A stretch of DNA of 64,000 bases from Desulfomicrobium sp. (GCA_040768745.1 JAXGMI010000002.1:860125-924124); one strand, 5' to 3'. Counted from the first letter of the stretch, positions 10,711 through 21,587 are shown. Translations and numbers: made by a program. The notes: a model not told the origin generated them from the sequence alone.

Positions 10711-13005
10711 ATGAAGCGCTGGAAATGGATCATCACCGGAGGAGTGCAGGGCGTCGGCTTTCGGCCTTGCGTCTACAGGTCTGCCCTGCAGGCCCGGGTC
10801 ACCGGCCGGGTGGCCAACACCCCTCAGGGCGTGGTCATCGAGATCCAGGGCAGCGACGAGAGTCTCGCCGCCTTTGAGAGGATCTTTTCGGCCAACCTTC
10901 CTCCCCTGGCCAGGATCGTGACCTGGGAGCGGGAAAGGCTGCCCTCCATGGACCGGGAATCGGGATTCCTGATCATGCAGAGCACCGGCGGCCACGGGCA
11001 TCAGGTTCTAATCAGCCCGGACGTGGCCACCTGCGCCGAATGCCTGGCGGACATCCAGGACCCTGGAGGCCGACGCCACCGCTACGCCTTCACCAACTGC
11101 ACCAACTGCGGACCGCGCTACACCATCACCCGCTCCATTCCCTACGACCGGGCCACCACATCCATGGCCTGTTTTCCCCTTTGCCCGGCGTGCACGTCGG
11201 AATACGAGGACCCCCTGAACCGCCGCTTTCACGCCCAGCCCAATGCCTGCCCCGAGTGCGGTCCACGGCTGTGGCTGACTGACCGGAACGGCTCGCGGCT
11301 GGCGGCCCAGGACCAGGCCATCGTCGAAGCCGCGCGCCTTCTGCTCGAGGGTCGGCTGTTGGCCATGAAAGGTCTCGGCGGATTCCACCTTGCCTGCGAC
11401 GCGACGAACCAGGCATCCGTGGCTGAATTGCGTGCCCGCAAAAACCGCAGGGACAAGCCCCTGGCCGTCATGGTCCGTGACCTCCCTGCGGCCCGGGCCT
11501 TGTGCCATATCTCGGCAGCCGAAGAAACGCTTCTGACCGGGACCCAGCGGCCCATTGTCCTGCTGCGGTCCAGGGCAGGCACCAACCTGCCGGGACTGGC
11601 TCCTGACACGGAATACCTCGGCCTCATGCTCCCCTACACCCCGATGCACCATGTCCTGTTTTCGGAACTCTCCGCCCAGGCCAAGCACCAGACAGCGGCC
11701 CTGGTCATGACCTCCGGGAACATGAGTTCAGAACCCATCTGCCTCGGCAACCGCGAGGCCCTCCGCCGCCTGGGGGCAGTGGCCGACTGTTTCCTTTTTC
11801 ATGACCGGGACATCCTCATCCGCTGCGACGATTCGGTCCTGCGCTGCGTGGATGACAGTCCCCAATTTCTCCGCCGGGGCCGGGGGTTCACGCCCTGGCC
11901 CGTGGATTTGACCGGGGACGGTCCCTCGATCCTGGGCGTGGGACCACAGCTGAAGAACACCATCTGTCTGACCAAAGGCAGTCAGGCCTTTGTCTCCCAA
12001 CACCTCGGCGACCTGGAGAATCTCGAAACCTTCACCTTTTTCCAGGAGATCGTCACCCACCTGCGCAACATCCTGCAGGTGACGCCACAGGCCGTGATCC
12101 ACGACCTCCATCCCGACTTTTTGAGCACCGGGTTTGCACTCCAATCCGGCCTTCCCTGTCTGCCCCTGCAACACCACTTTGCCCATATCCATGCGGTTCT
12201 GGCCGAAAACCAGCATGCGGGTCCGGCCATCGGCCTGGCGCTGGATGGAACTGGCCTGGGCGACGACGGGACCATCTGGGGCGGCGAAGCGCTGATGGTG
12301 GATACTGGCAGCCTAGGACATCAGCGAGTGGCCCGATTCTCGCATGTCATGCTCCCGGGTGGGGACCTGGCCGCACGCGAACCGTGGCGCGTGGCCAGAT
12401 CCTATCTCCACGCCCTGGGCATCCTGGAGCCGGCACACAAGCCCTGGCCCTGGCTGGAAAGCAACTCCCGGGCGGACAGGATCGTGTCCCAGATGCTTGA
12501 CCGCAGACTGAATGCCCCCCTGTCCTCGAGCTGCGGCCGCCTTTTTGACGCCGTATCGGCCCTGCTCGGCCTGTGTCAGCTGGTTTCCTACGAAGGGCAG
12601 GCCGCCATCAGGCTGGAGGCAGCGCAAGACAACCAGGAAGAAAATGGATATGTGTGCCCCATAGTGGAGCATGAGGGATGCTGGGAGCTGGACACCCTGT
12701 CCCTTTTTGCCCAGGTTCACGCCCAGTGGCTGGACAACGAGCCGCCGGGGCTGATCAGCAGGCGCTTTCATCTTGGCCTCATGCGCGGGCTGACAGAGCT
12801 CTGTGCCAGGCTGAGCCAGCAATGGTCCTGCCCCACCGTGGCCTTGAGCGGCGGAGTGATGCAGAACCTGACCCTGGCCCGCGAGCTGCCCCGCCTCTTG
12901 GCTGACCAAGGGCTGCATGTGCTCACCCACCGCTTCCTGCCGCCCAATGATGCCTGCATCTCCCTCGGACAGGCCGCCTATGGCAGGCTGGCTCTCAAAC
13001 CTTAA
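10711..13005 (+). CDS. hypF: [NiFe]-hydrogenase maturation carbamoyltransferase HypF
   Basis: GVQGVGFRP acylphosphatase domain, CxxC zinc fingers, KGLGGFHLAC, HDLHPD, QHHFAH, SGGVMQN, PPNDACISLGQ. Confidence 0.96.
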   Translation: MKRWKWIITGGVQGVGFRPCVYRSALQARVTGRVANTPQGVVIEIQGSDESLAAFERIFSANLPPLARIVTWERERLPSMDRESGFLIMQSTGGHGHQVLISPDVATCAECLADIQDPGGRRHRYAFTNCTNCGPRYTITRSIPYDRATTSMACFPLCPACTSEYEDPLNRRFHAQPNACPECGPRLWLTDRNGSRLAAQDQAIVEAARLLLEGRLLAMKGLGGFHLACDATNQASVAELRARKNRRDKPLAVMVRDLPAARALCHISAAEETLLTGTQRPIVLLRSRAGTNLPGLAPDTEYLGLMLPYTPMHHVLFSELSAQAKHQTAALVMTSGNMSSEPICLGNREALRRLGAVADCFLFHDRDILIRCDDSVLRCVDDSPQFLRRGRGFTPWPVDLTGDGPSILGVGPQLKNTICLTKGSQAFVSQHLGDLENLETFTFFQEIVTHLRNILQVTPQAVIHDLHPDFLSTGFALQSGLPCLPLQHHFAHIHAVLAENQHAGPAIGLALDGTGLGDDGTIWGGEALMVDTGSLGHQRVARFSHVMLPGGDLAAREPWRVARSYLHALGILEPAHKPWPWLESNSRADRIVSQMLDRRLNAPLSSSCGRLFDAVSALLGLCQLVSYEGQAAIRLEAAQDNQEENGYVCPIVEHEGCWELDTLSLFAQVHAQWLDNEPPGLISRRFHLGLMRGLTELCARLSQQWSCPTVALSGGVMQNLTLARELPRLLADQGLHVLTHRFLPPNDACISLGQAAYGRLALKP

Positions 13006-13018
13006 CCGGAGAGTAGAG

Positions 13019-14857
13019 ATGGACGCTTTGGACAAGATACGCCGATTCTTTGGCGCGACGTGGAAGGTTCTGGGCTGGATCCGGAGCGCCGTTGCCAACA
13101 TCGTGTTCCTCCTGCTCCTGGCCTTTGTGCTGGTTGGCCTTCTCGGGGACAAGGAAGAGCCTCTGGAGGCAAATTCCGTCCTGGTCATTGATCCCGACGG
13201 CCAACTGGTGGAGGAAAGTGTAGCCCCGGAGCCAGCCGAGATCTTTTTGAAAAAGATGGGCCGCGAACCGTCCAAGGCCGAGGAGAGCAAAGCCCAGGAC
13301 GTCATCGACGCCATCCGCCAGGCAGCAGGCGATTCCAGGATCAAGGCCGTGGTCATCGATCCAGGGGATCTGATCGGCTGCGACACAACCAAGCTCATGG
13401 ATATCGGCAAGGCCCTGCGGAACTTCAAGGAGAGCGGCAAGCCGGTTTTGGCCCATTCCTCCTTCTACACCCAGGGTCAGTTCCTCCTGGCCTCTTATGC
13501 GGACGCGGTCTACCTGAGTCCCCTGGGTGGGGTGTCCCTGACCGGATTCGGCACCTATCCGACCTACTTCAAGGGCCTTCTGGACAAGGCCAGGGTCAAT
13601 GTCCACGTCTACAGGGTTGGCGAGTACAAGACAGCGGTGGAGCCATTCCTGCGTGACTCCATGTCCGAACAGGCCAGGGAGTCCAATCGCGAGTGGCTCG
13701 ACGCCCTGTGGCAGGCCTACCTGAACGAGGCGGCCCGGAACCGGAGCATTTCGACCGAGTCCATTCTGGCATACGTCAACAATATCGACACGAAGCTCGG
13801 CGCGGTTGGGGGCGATGCAGCCCGCTTGGCCGTGACCACCAAACTCGTGGACGACATCAAGACCATCGACCAGTTCGATCTCATCCTGGCCACCAAGATA
13901 GGACTCAAGCCTGAAGATGTGCACCGGGTCGGTTTCAAGGACTATCTGCGCCTCTCACCCTATGAGAAGCCCATCAGCAGGGAGATGATCGGCGTCATCC
14001 GGGCGCGGGGTCCCATTGTCCCAGGGCAGCAGCCCGAGAGCATGACCGGCAGCGAGTCCGTGGCCGATCTCTTCAGGCAGGCCCGCCAGGATCCGTCCAT
14101 CGTGGCCGTGGTATTGCGTCTGGACAGCTCTGGCGGAAGTGCCACGGCCGCCGAGGACATCCATCGTGAAATCGTCCGCACCCAGGACGCCGGCAAACCG
14201 GTGGTGGTTTCCCTGGGCAGCGTGGCCGCGTCCGGCGCCTACTGGATCGCGGCCGGAGCCAACCGCATCGTGGCGGCCCCCACCACCCTGACCGGGTCCA
14301 TCGGCATCTTCGCCGCCTTCCCCACCTTTGAAAACACGGCCAGGGACTGGGGCGTGACCACCGACGGAGTCGGCACCACCGACATCGCAGACCTGGGCAA
14401 TCCCCTGCGGCCCATCCCGCCCCGGGTCAGCACTTCCATACAATTCCTGCTGGAACACGGGTACAAGGTCTTTCTGGACCGAGTGGCCAAGGGCCGGAGG
14501 ATGACAGCCCCCGAGGTGGAGGAGTTGGCCCAGGGCAAAGTGTTTCTGGGCCAGACAGCTCTCGCACGCAAGCTGGTGGACCAGGCCGGAGGCCTGGATG
14601 AAGCCATCAAGGCAGCAGCGGATCTCGCCGGCCTGACCAACGCGGCCAGCCGTGATCTGCGCAGAGAACCGACCCCGCGCGAAAAACTGCTCCAAAACAT
14701 CTTCTCCTCTGGCGCGGCCCTGCTCCTGCCCCGCACTTCCGGGCCCATGACCTCCCTGCTCCACGTGGCGCGGGAACATGCGGAACTGCTGGACTCGTTT
14801 ACCGATCCCCATCACATCTACGCCCGCAGCCTCGAATGCGAGGCCGTGACACGCTGA
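13019..14857 (+). CDS. sppA: Signal peptide peptidase SppA (67K type)
   Basis: N-terminal TM, VGEYKTAVEP, RLDSSGGS, VAASGAYW, TGSIG. Confidence 0.93.
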   Translation: MDALDKIRRFFGATWKVLGWIRSAVANIVFLLLLAFVLVGLLGDKEEPLEANSVLVIDPDGQLVEESVAPEPAEIFLKKMGREPSKAEESKAQDVIDAIRQAAGDSRIKAVVIDPGDLIGCDTTKLMDIGKALRNFKESGKPVLAHSSFYTQGQFLLASYADAVYLSPLGGVSLTGFGTYPTYFKGLLDKARVNVHVYRVGEYKTAVEPFLRDSMSEQARESNREWLDALWQAYLNEAARNRSISTESILAYVNNIDTKLGAVGGDAARLAVTTKLVDDIKTIDQFDLILATKIGLKPEDVHRVGFKDYLRLSPYEKPISREMIGVIRARGPIVPGQQPESMTGSESVADLFRQARQDPSIVAVVLRLDSSGGSATAAEDIHREIVRTQDAGKPVVVSLGSVAASGAYWIAAGANRIVAAPTTLTGSIGIFAAFPTFENTARDWGVTTDGVGTTDIADLGNPLRPIPPRVSTSIQFLLEHGYKVFLDRVAKGRRMTAPEVEELAQGKVFLGQTALARKLVDQAGGLDEAIKAAADLAGLTNAASRDLRREPTPREKLLQNIFSSGAALLLPRTSGPMTSLLHVAREHAELLDSFTDPHHIYARSLECEAVTR

Positions 14858-14863
14858 GTTCCT

Positions 14864-14897
14864 GCCGCCCGGTGCACGGCACCGTGCACCGGGCGGC
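14864..14897. repeat. Perfect GC-rich palindrome after sppA
   Basis: GCCGCCCGGTGCACGG-CA-CCGTGCACCGGGCGGC, no U-tract. Confidence 0.7.
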
Positions 14898-15034
14898 TCC
14901 CCGTCTCAATTGCGTCTTGCCAACCCCGGCCTTAAAGTCTAAAAAATTTAGTTTTCCTCATGTGGGAGAAGCCATCCTGCATGGTCCCCACGAACCACAG
15001 CCGCCGCGCCCGCGGCATGACCCACGGTGCCCCC

Positions 15035-18000
15035 ATGCCTCAGAAAGGACCCCATATATCCCTCGCTCCCGAACGCCTGGTCAAACGCGTCCTGGGACTG
15101 CCCCTGGAGGAGTTCCAGACCTGGCCTGAATACCTGCAGCAGCTGGCCCTGGAGCTGGCCGAAGAGATGTTCATCATCCGCTACAACCCGTTCATCCCTC
15201 CCAGGACCGTGCGTCAGAGCGTCACTGCCCGGCTGGAGGCTGATCGGGCGGCCCTGTCCCCTGAATATTTCCGTGAGCTTTCCGCATGCCTGGACCGGTT
15301 CTGGCAGAATTTCGAATCGGATCAGAAATTCAAGGCCAACCTCATCACCCGCATGTCCGCCATCCTGGACAAGGAGCAGATCGTCTCCGCAGCCAACAAC
15401 CTGATCGAATGCTCCACGGATGCCACGGACCTGCGCATGGAGCTGCCTGCCCTGGTGGTTTTTCCGGAAAACACCCAGCAGATTCAGGGCATCATCCGTT
15501 TGGCCAATGAGATGGGATTCCCCATTGTGCCTCGGGGCGGCGGTTCGGGCATGACCGGAGGGGCGGTGCCAGCCAAGCCCCGGACTGTGATCCTGAGCTT
15601 GAGCCGCTTGAAGGAAATCATCGATGTCGATCCGGACAACCGGACCATCACCCTGCAGTCCGGGGTCATCACCCTGAACGCCATTCAGGCCGCCGCGGAA
15701 AAAAACCTGCTTTTCACCGTGGATCCGGCCTCCAAGGCCGCATCGTCCATCGGGGGCAATATCTCTGAAAATGCGGGAGGCCCCTATGCCTTTGAATACG
15801 GCACCACCCTGGACAACCTGCTGTCCTACAAAATGGTCCTGCCCACCGGCGAGCTGATTCAGATCAGGCGGGTTGACCATCCCTGGCACAAGATCATGCC
15901 CGACGAGACGCCTGTCTTTGAGATCCTCGACGCGGTGGGCACCCGCAAGGACACCATTGTCCTCAAGGGTGACGAGATCCGTGGGGCGGCCCTGGGCAAG
16001 GACGTGACCAACAAGTTCCTGGGCGGGCTTCCCGGCGTGCAGAAGGAAGGCGTGGATGGCATCATCACCGAGGCAACCTTCACCCTGCACCCGAACCTGC
16101 CTCATTCCAGGGTCATGTGCCTGGAATTTTACGGCAACTCCATGCGCAACGCCATGTTCGTCATCAAGGACATCGTGGCCATGCGCGACGAGATCCGCTC
16201 CCAGGGCGATCTGGTCAAGCTCTCGGCCCTGGAGGAATTCGGCATCAAATATGTGCAGGCCATCGAATACTCCAAGAAGTCACAGAAATTCGACGGCATC
16301 CCCATCTCGGTGCTCATCATCCAGCTCGACTCCACCGACGAAGAGGCCGTGTTCTCGGCGGTGCGCCGCATCGTCGAAATCTGCGACGCCTACGACAACG
16401 TGGAGAGCTTCGTGGCCGCCGACGCACACGAGGCCGAGGTGTTCTGGCACGACCGGCATCAGCTCTCGGCCATCTCCAAACGCACCAGCGGCTTCAAGCT
16501 CAACGAAGACATCGTCATCCCCCTGGAAGTCATCCCTGATTTTTCGGATTTTCTGGAGGAGCAGAACCTCTACTACCTGGCCATTGCCTACCGCGAAGCC
16601 CTGCAGCAGGTACAGGCCCTTCAGGGGATCGAGGTTGACGACGAGTTCATCCGCATGGAGATGGACGTGGCCATGTCCATCATCAAGGGCAAAACCGCCA
16701 AGGACGAATTGCCGGAGCAGGAACTGCAGCTGCAGACATCCTTCTTCTTCCAGCACCTCAAAGGGAAATACCCCAAACTGCACGAAGACCTGACCAAGAT
16801 CTTCGAAAACATGCAGAACACCCGCATCGTCATCGCCAACCACATGCACGCCGGCGACGGGAACTGCCACGTCAATCTTCCGGTCAATTCCAACGACCCG
16901 CGCATGCTCGCCCTGGCCGAGGAGGCCGTGGAAAAGATCTTCCGCAAGGTCCTGGCCCTGAAAGGCCAGGTCTCTGGGGAGCACGGCATCGGCATCACCA
17001 AGATCGCCTTCCTGGCCGAGGACAAGATCGCGGCCCTGCGCGCCTACAAAAAGAAGGTGGACCCCAACAATATCTTCAACCCCGGAAAGTTGACCCAGCG
17101 GGACTTGGTGGTGGTGCCCTACACCTTCTCCTTCAATCGCCTGATCAAAGACATCAACAAGACCGCCCTCCCCGGGAAGGAAAGCCTGATCCATCTCCTG
17201 CTCAACGTGCAGACCTGCACCCGCTGCGGGAAATGCAAGCAGGTCTGCCCCATGTACCTGCCCCAGAAGGGCCTGCTCTTCCATCCGCGCAACAAGAACA
17301 TCACCCTGGGCGCCCTGGTTGAGGCCATCTACTATTCCCAGCTGCAGAAAGGGGAACCCGACCCGAGACTGCTGGATGAACTGCGCGGCATCCTCGAACA
17401 CTGCACGGCCTGTGGGAAATGCTACGCCATCTGCCCGGTCAAGATCCGCACCCAGGACGTCACCCTGCAGATGCGTTCCTACCTGGAGGAGAAAGGCGCT
17501 GGCGGGCATCCGTTCAAGAACCGGATCCTTAATCTCCTCAGCCAGGACCCGCAGACCGTGCTGCCCAGGGTGGCCAAGCTGGCCGGAATCGGTCAGGAGC
17601 TGGGCAACCGGGCCGTGCACGTGCTTCCGGCCCGATGGAGAGAGCGCCTGGACAACCCCCTTTTCCGGGGTCAGGGGCCGGCCACCCAGTTCACAAACCT
17701 GAAAGAGGCCCTGCGCCTTTCCAAGGGCAATATCTTCACCCAGGAAGGGACTGCCTCCAAACGGGCCGCACTCTATTTCCCAGGTTGCGGGGCCAGCCTG
17801 TTCTACCGCTCCATCGGCATGGCCGCGGTCCGGCTGCTGCTCGATGCCGGGGTGAGCGTGGCCCTGCCCCCGGATCACCTGTGCTGCGGGTATCCCCTGC
17901 TGGCCTCGGGCTGCCGGGACCAGTTTGAACGCATGGGCGCCCAGAACCAGAAATCCCTGGAAAACCTCATCCGGCAGGCCGAATCCAATGGATTTATCAT

Positions 18001-18586
18001 CAAGTCCATGCTGACCTCCTGCGGAACCTGCCGCGAAGGGATCAAGGACTACCGCCTCAAATCCCTGGAAACCAGACAGGTGGAGCACATGGACGTGGTC
18101 CAGTTCATCATGCAGCAGACCAAGGCCGGATTCGCCAAGGGGCCCGAGCGCCTGCTCTACCACGCAGCCTGCCACCACGAATGGACAGGGGTTCCGGCCC
18201 TCAAGGCCGGCGACATATACGCCCGGGAACTGGGCAAGCTGGTCGGCTCCACTGTGGACATCTCGCCCTACTGCTGCGGCGAATCCGGTCTGGGGGCCTT
18301 GACCTCCCCCAAGATCTACAACCGGCTGCGGGCCAGAAAAAAAGAGCAGATGACCCGGGATCTGGCCGGTTATCCGGTTCAGAACCCTGTGGTTGTGGGC
18401 TGTCCGTCATGCAAGATCGGCGTCAGCCGAACCCTCATGGAACTGCACCAGTCCCGCGAGGTCCTGCACACCCTGGAATTCCTGGCTGCCCTGCGGCACG
18501 GGAGTTCCTGGCGCAAGGACTTCCACAAGCAGCTGGCCAGGGCCGAATTCCATGACGGGGTGCAGGTCATTGCCAGGGTCCCATGA
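15035..18586 (+). CDS. FAD-binding oxidoreductase with 4Fe-4S and CCG domains (GlcD/GlcF-like fusion)
   Basis: PRGGGSGMTGGA FAD site, HAGDGNCH, SGEHGIG, two CxxCxxCxxxCP motifs, CCG motifs. Confidence 0.88.
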   Translation: MPQKGPHISLAPERLVKRVLGLPLEEFQTWPEYLQQLALELAEEMFIIRYNPFIPPRTVRQSVTARLEADRAALSPEYFRELSACLDRFWQNFESDQKFKANLITRMSAILDKEQIVSAANNLIECSTDATDLRMELPALVVFPENTQQIQGIIRLANEMGFPIVPRGGGSGMTGGAVPAKPRTVILSLSRLKEIIDVDPDNRTITLQSGVITLNAIQAAAEKNLLFTVDPASKAASSIGGNISENAGGPYAFEYGTTLDNLLSYKMVLPTGELIQIRRVDHPWHKIMPDETPVFEILDAVGTRKDTIVLKGDEIRGAALGKDVTNKFLGGLPGVQKEGVDGIITEATFTLHPNLPHSRVMCLEFYGNSMRNAMFVIKDIVAMRDEIRSQGDLVKLSALEEFGIKYVQAIEYSKKSQKFDGIPISVLIIQLDSTDEEAVFSAVRRIVEICDAYDNVESFVAADAHEAEVFWHDRHQLSAISKRTSGFKLNEDIVIPLEVIPDFSDFLEEQNLYYLAIAYREALQQVQALQGIEVDDEFIRMEMDVAMSIIKGKTAKDELPEQELQLQTSFFFQHLKGKYPKLHEDLTKIFENMQNTRIVIANHMHAGDGNCHVNLPVNSNDPRMLALAEEAVEKIFRKVLALKGQVSGEHGIGITKIAFLAEDKIAALRAYKKKVDPNNIFNPGKLTQRDLVVVPYTFSFNRLIKDINKTALPGKESLIHLLLNVQTCTRCGKCKQVCPMYLPQKGLLFHPRNKNITLGALVEAIYYSQLQKGEPDPRLLDELRGILEHCTACGKCYAICPVKIRTQDVTLQMRSYLEEKGAGGHPFKNRILNLLSQDPQTVLPRVAKLAGIGQELGNRAVHVLPARWRERLDNPLFRGQGPATQFTNLKEALRLSKGNIFTQEGTASKRAALYFPGCGASLFYRSIGMAAVRLLLDAGVSVALPPDHLCCGYPLLASGCRDQFERMGAQNQKSLENLIRQAESNGFIIKSMLTSCGTCREGIKDYRLKSLETRQVEHMDVVQFIMQQTKAGFAKGPERLLYHAACHHEWTGVPALKAGDIYARELGKLVGSTVDISPYCCGESGLGALTSPKIYNRLRARKKEQMTRDLAGYPVQNPVVVGCPSCKIGVSRTLMELHQSREVLHTLEFLAALRHGSSWRKDFHKQLARAEFHDGVQVIARVP

Positions 18587-18984
18587 AACTCCTGGGCATC
18601 GACTACGGACAAAAGCGGGTCGGGCTGGCCATGACCCGGGGCGGCATGGTCTTCCCCTACAGGACCCTGCTCAAAAGCACGCGGGACAGACTTTTCGCTG
18701 AACTTCTGGCCATCATCGCCGCGGAAAACGTTGAGGCCATCGTGCTGGGCCTGCCCCTGGATCTCGACGGATCGGCAACCCTGACCACGCGTCAGGTTTA
18801 CAATTTCCGGGACAGCCTGTCCCGACGCACCGACCTGCCCATCCATCTGGTCAACGAGGCCCTCACCTCTTTCGAGGCCAGGGATCGATTGCGACAAGCC
18901 GGAGTGCCCCAACGCAGGCATGCGGACATGCTGGACCAGATGGCGGCGGTCTGCATCCTCGAAAGTTTCATGGGAAAGCAATGA
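18583..18984 (+). CDS. ruvX: Holliday junction resolvase-like / pre-16S rRNA nuclease YqgF
   Basis: LGIDYGQKRVGLA, VLGLP, NEALTS, DQMAA. Confidence 0.93.
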   Translation: MKLLGIDYGQKRVGLAMTRGGMVFPYRTLLKSTRDRLFAELLAIIAAENVEAIVLGLPLDLDGSATLTTRQVYNFRDSLSRRTDLPIHLVNEALTSFEARDRLRQAGVPQRRHADMLDQMAAVCILESFMGKQ

Positions 18985-20027
18985 AGCAGCATCTCAAATG
19001 GGTCCTGGCCGTGCTCGTGCTCTTCGCCCTCGGCGGGGCCGTGGCCCTGCTGGGCGCATGGCGTTTCCTGGAAACCCCCATGGACCCATCTTCCAACTCC
19101 ACGGCAATTTTCACCATTGAAACGGGGGAGTCCCTGCGATCCGTAGCCTCCCGTCTGGATCGGGATGGATTCGTGCGCTGGGGTGAAGGTTTCCGCCTCT
19201 ACGGGCGACTGCGCAAAATTCCGCTCCAGGCCGGGGAATTCGCCCTTTCCAAAGCCATGAGCCCGCGGGAAATCATGCAGGAGCTCGCCTATGGCCAGCC
19301 CATCCTGTACCGTCTCCATTTCGCCGAAGGACTGACCATGCGGGAGGTGGCCCTGGCCGTGAACGCCACCGGCCTGACGTCTGCCGAGCGTTTCCTGGCC
19401 GCCTGCCGGGACCGGGAATATCTCCGCAGACAAGGCATCAACGCCACTGATGCCGAGGGCTATCTCTTTCCGGAAACCTATTTCTTTCCCCGCATTCCCG
19501 GGCAGGATCCCTATCCGATTTTGCATGCCCTGCTGGAGAGATTCCGCCAGAATACGGCCGGGCTGCCCCAGAACAGGAGCCCCGATGACCTGCACCGCAC
19601 CCTCATTCTGGCCTCCCTGGTGGAAAAGGAAACGGCCATTCCAGCCGAACGCAGCCTCGTGGCGGGGGTGTATGCCAACCGGCTGCAGCACGGCATGCTC
19701 CTGCAGTGCGACCCGACCATCATCTATGGCCTGGGAGAGAACTTTGACGGGAATCTGAAAAAATCACATCTCCAGGACGGGTCCAATCCCTATAATACCT
19801 ATGTGCATCCAGGCCTGCCGCCTGGCCCCATCTGCTCGCCGGGAAAAGAGGCCCTGGAAGCGGCCTCGCAGCCGGATGAACATGAATATCTCTATTTCGT
19901 GGCCCGTCCCGACGGGTCCCACCATTTCAGCCGGACCCTCAGGGAGCATACCAACGCGGTCATCAAGTATCAGCGCCGGGGCAGGGCCTTCCCAACTCCG
20001 GATTCAAGTGATGAGACCCCTCCATGA
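18981..20027 (+). CDS. mltG: Endolytic transglycosylase MltG
   Basis: EGYLFPETY, LASLVEKE, LQCDPT, YNTY...GLPPGPICSPG. Confidence 0.95.
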   Translation: MKQHLKWVLAVLVLFALGGAVALLGAWRFLETPMDPSSNSTAIFTIETGESLRSVASRLDRDGFVRWGEGFRLYGRLRKIPLQAGEFALSKAMSPREIMQELAYGQPILYRLHFAEGLTMREVALAVNATGLTSAERFLAACRDREYLRRQGINATDAEGYLFPETYFFPRIPGQDPYPILHALLERFRQNTAGLPQNRSPDDLHRTLILASLVEKETAIPAERSLVAGVYANRLQHGMLLQCDPTIIYGLGENFDGNLKKSHLQDGSNPYNTYVHPGLPPGPICSPGKEALEAASQPDEHEYLYFVARPDGSHHFSRTLREHTNAVIKYQRRGRAFPTPDSSDETPP

Positions 20028-20042
20028 CAGGCCGGCGCCACC

Positions 20043-20064
20043 CCCGGAAAGCTCCGGGTTTTTT
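20043..20064 (+). terminator. Rho-independent terminator after mltG
   Basis: CCCGGA-AAGC-TCCGGG-TTTTTT. Confidence 0.7.
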
Positions 20065-20154
20065 GCCGGCGAGATCAATGCCTGTCCCCATCGCATCGGA
20101 TTCCACGGGTCAGGTCCGCAAACCCATGCACTCCGGCACCAGAGGAGGGCCATT

Positions 20155-20691
20155 ATGATGCAATCCCGCCCTGTCAGTGAAAGCCAGACCCTGATGACCC
20201 ACCGCCCCCTGCCTCAGGACGCCAATCCGGCCGGCAATGTGCACGGCGGTGTGATTCTGAAGCAGATCGACCTTGCCGGAGCCGTATGTGCCATGCGCCA
20301 CGCCCGGGGACTCAGCGTGGTCACGGCCAGCATCGACCGCATGGAGTTCAAGGCTCCGGTGCAGGTGGGCGAATTGATGCTGCTGATGGCCAGCGTGAAC
20401 ATGGTCGGGCAACATTCCATGGAAGTCGGGGTGCGCGTGGAGGTGGAGAATCTTTTCACCGGCGAAAAGCGGCACGCGGCCTCTGCCTATCTGACCTTCG
20501 TGGCCATGGGGCAGGACAGGAAACCAACCCAGGTTCCCGGGCTGGTGCTGGAAAACCCCGTGCACGAACGCCGCAACCGCGAAGCCCTGATGCGCCGCCA
20601 GCTTCGCCAGGAAGAGCGCGTGCGTGAACGCCAGGCCCAGGAGTCCCAGAAGACCGCCCTGAATCGCCAGGATCCCTCGGCCATGGGTTGA
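20155..20691 (+). CDS. Acyl-CoA thioesterase (hotdog fold)
   Basis: DANPAGNVHGG, VVTASID, SMEVGVRV. Confidence 0.9.
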   Translation: MMQSRPVSESQTLMTHRPLPQDANPAGNVHGGVILKQIDLAGAVCAMRHARGLSVVTASIDRMEFKAPVQVGELMLLMASVNMVGQHSMEVGVRVEVENLFTGEKRHAASAYLTFVAMGQDRKPTQVPGLVLENPVHERRNREALMRRQLRQEERVRERQAQESQKTALNRQDPSAMG

Positions 20692-20771
20692 AAACCGCCC
20701 ACTCCGCCATTTACAGTCGGGTGGCATTCGCTTAGGTGATCCCTCGTTTTCCCATCCAGGAGTGTTCTTCC

Positions 20772-21401
20772 ATGCACGCAATCGTTATTCTCGTGGCGTC
20801 CTATATCGCCCTGCAGATCTTCTCCGATGTGGGCTCCCTGCGCATTGTCATGCTTGGCGGCATGTCCATCGACGCCGGCACGTTCATCTACCCTCTGACC
20901 TTCACCCTGCGGGACATGGTCCACAAAACCATGGGCAAGCAGGGGGCGCGGCTCATGATCGTCACCGCTGCGGGGTTCAACCTGCTCATGGCCCTATATT
21001 TCTGGCTGGTGGCCTGTCTTCCGGCAGATCTGGCCGTGGGGACGCAGGAAGAGTTCGGCCAGGTCCTGGCCCCGCTCTGGCGCCTGGTTTTCGCGTCCAT
21101 CATCGCCGAGGTCGTGGCCGAATTGACGGACACGGAGGTGTACAGTTTGTGGAAGGAGCGAGTCACTCACCGGTTCCAATGGTCCCGCGTGCTTGTCAGC
21201 AACGCGGTCAGCATCCCTCTGGACAGTCTGATCTTCTGCTGGATCGCCTTTGGAGGGCTGTTCGAGGCCAGTGTGGTGTGGTCCATCTTTCTGAGCAACA
21301 CCCTGATCAAATCTGCGGTCACCCTGATCTCCCTGCCCGGTATCTATCTGGTCAAGGAAAAAGCCTCCCTCAAGGCAGACGAGGCCCGCACACGCTGCTG
21401 A
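20772..21401 (+). CDS. Queuosine-precursor transporter (YhhQ/VUT family)
   Basis: GTFIYPLTFTLRD, R...ASIIA, SNAVSIPLDSLIF...AFGG. Confidence 0.82.
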   Translation: MHAIVILVASYIALQIFSDVGSLRIVMLGGMSIDAGTFIYPLTFTLRDMVHKTMGKQGARLMIVTAAGFNLLMALYFWLVACLPADLAVGTQEEFGQVLAPLWRLVFASIIAEVVAELTDTEVYSLWKERVTHRFQWSRVLVSNAVSIPLDSLIFCWIAFGGLFEASVVWSIFLSNTLIKSAVTLISLPGIYLVKEKASLKADEARTRC

Positions 21402-21549
21402 CCCAGACCGGGCTGGCTGAAACACCCCTTGCCCAGGCACAAGGTAGAGACAGGATCGAGACGGAAAAACTGTTGCATCTGACGCAAGCAGCCTGCCCGG
21501 GGCCTCCTCACATGCGGGAACAGGTGGTCACGTAACCGCAGAGTGTTGC

Positions 21550-21587
21550 AAAAAAAAGACGCCTGGAGGCAATCCACCGGGCGTCTT
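21550..21587 (-). terminator. Rho-independent terminator
   Basis: AAGACGCC...GGCGTCTT stem with adjacent A-tract. Confidence 0.65.

Noticed and set aside
20692..20771. preQ1 riboswitch upstream of the YhhQ-family transporter
   Set aside because: No recognisable preQ1 stem with A-rich tail in the short leader.
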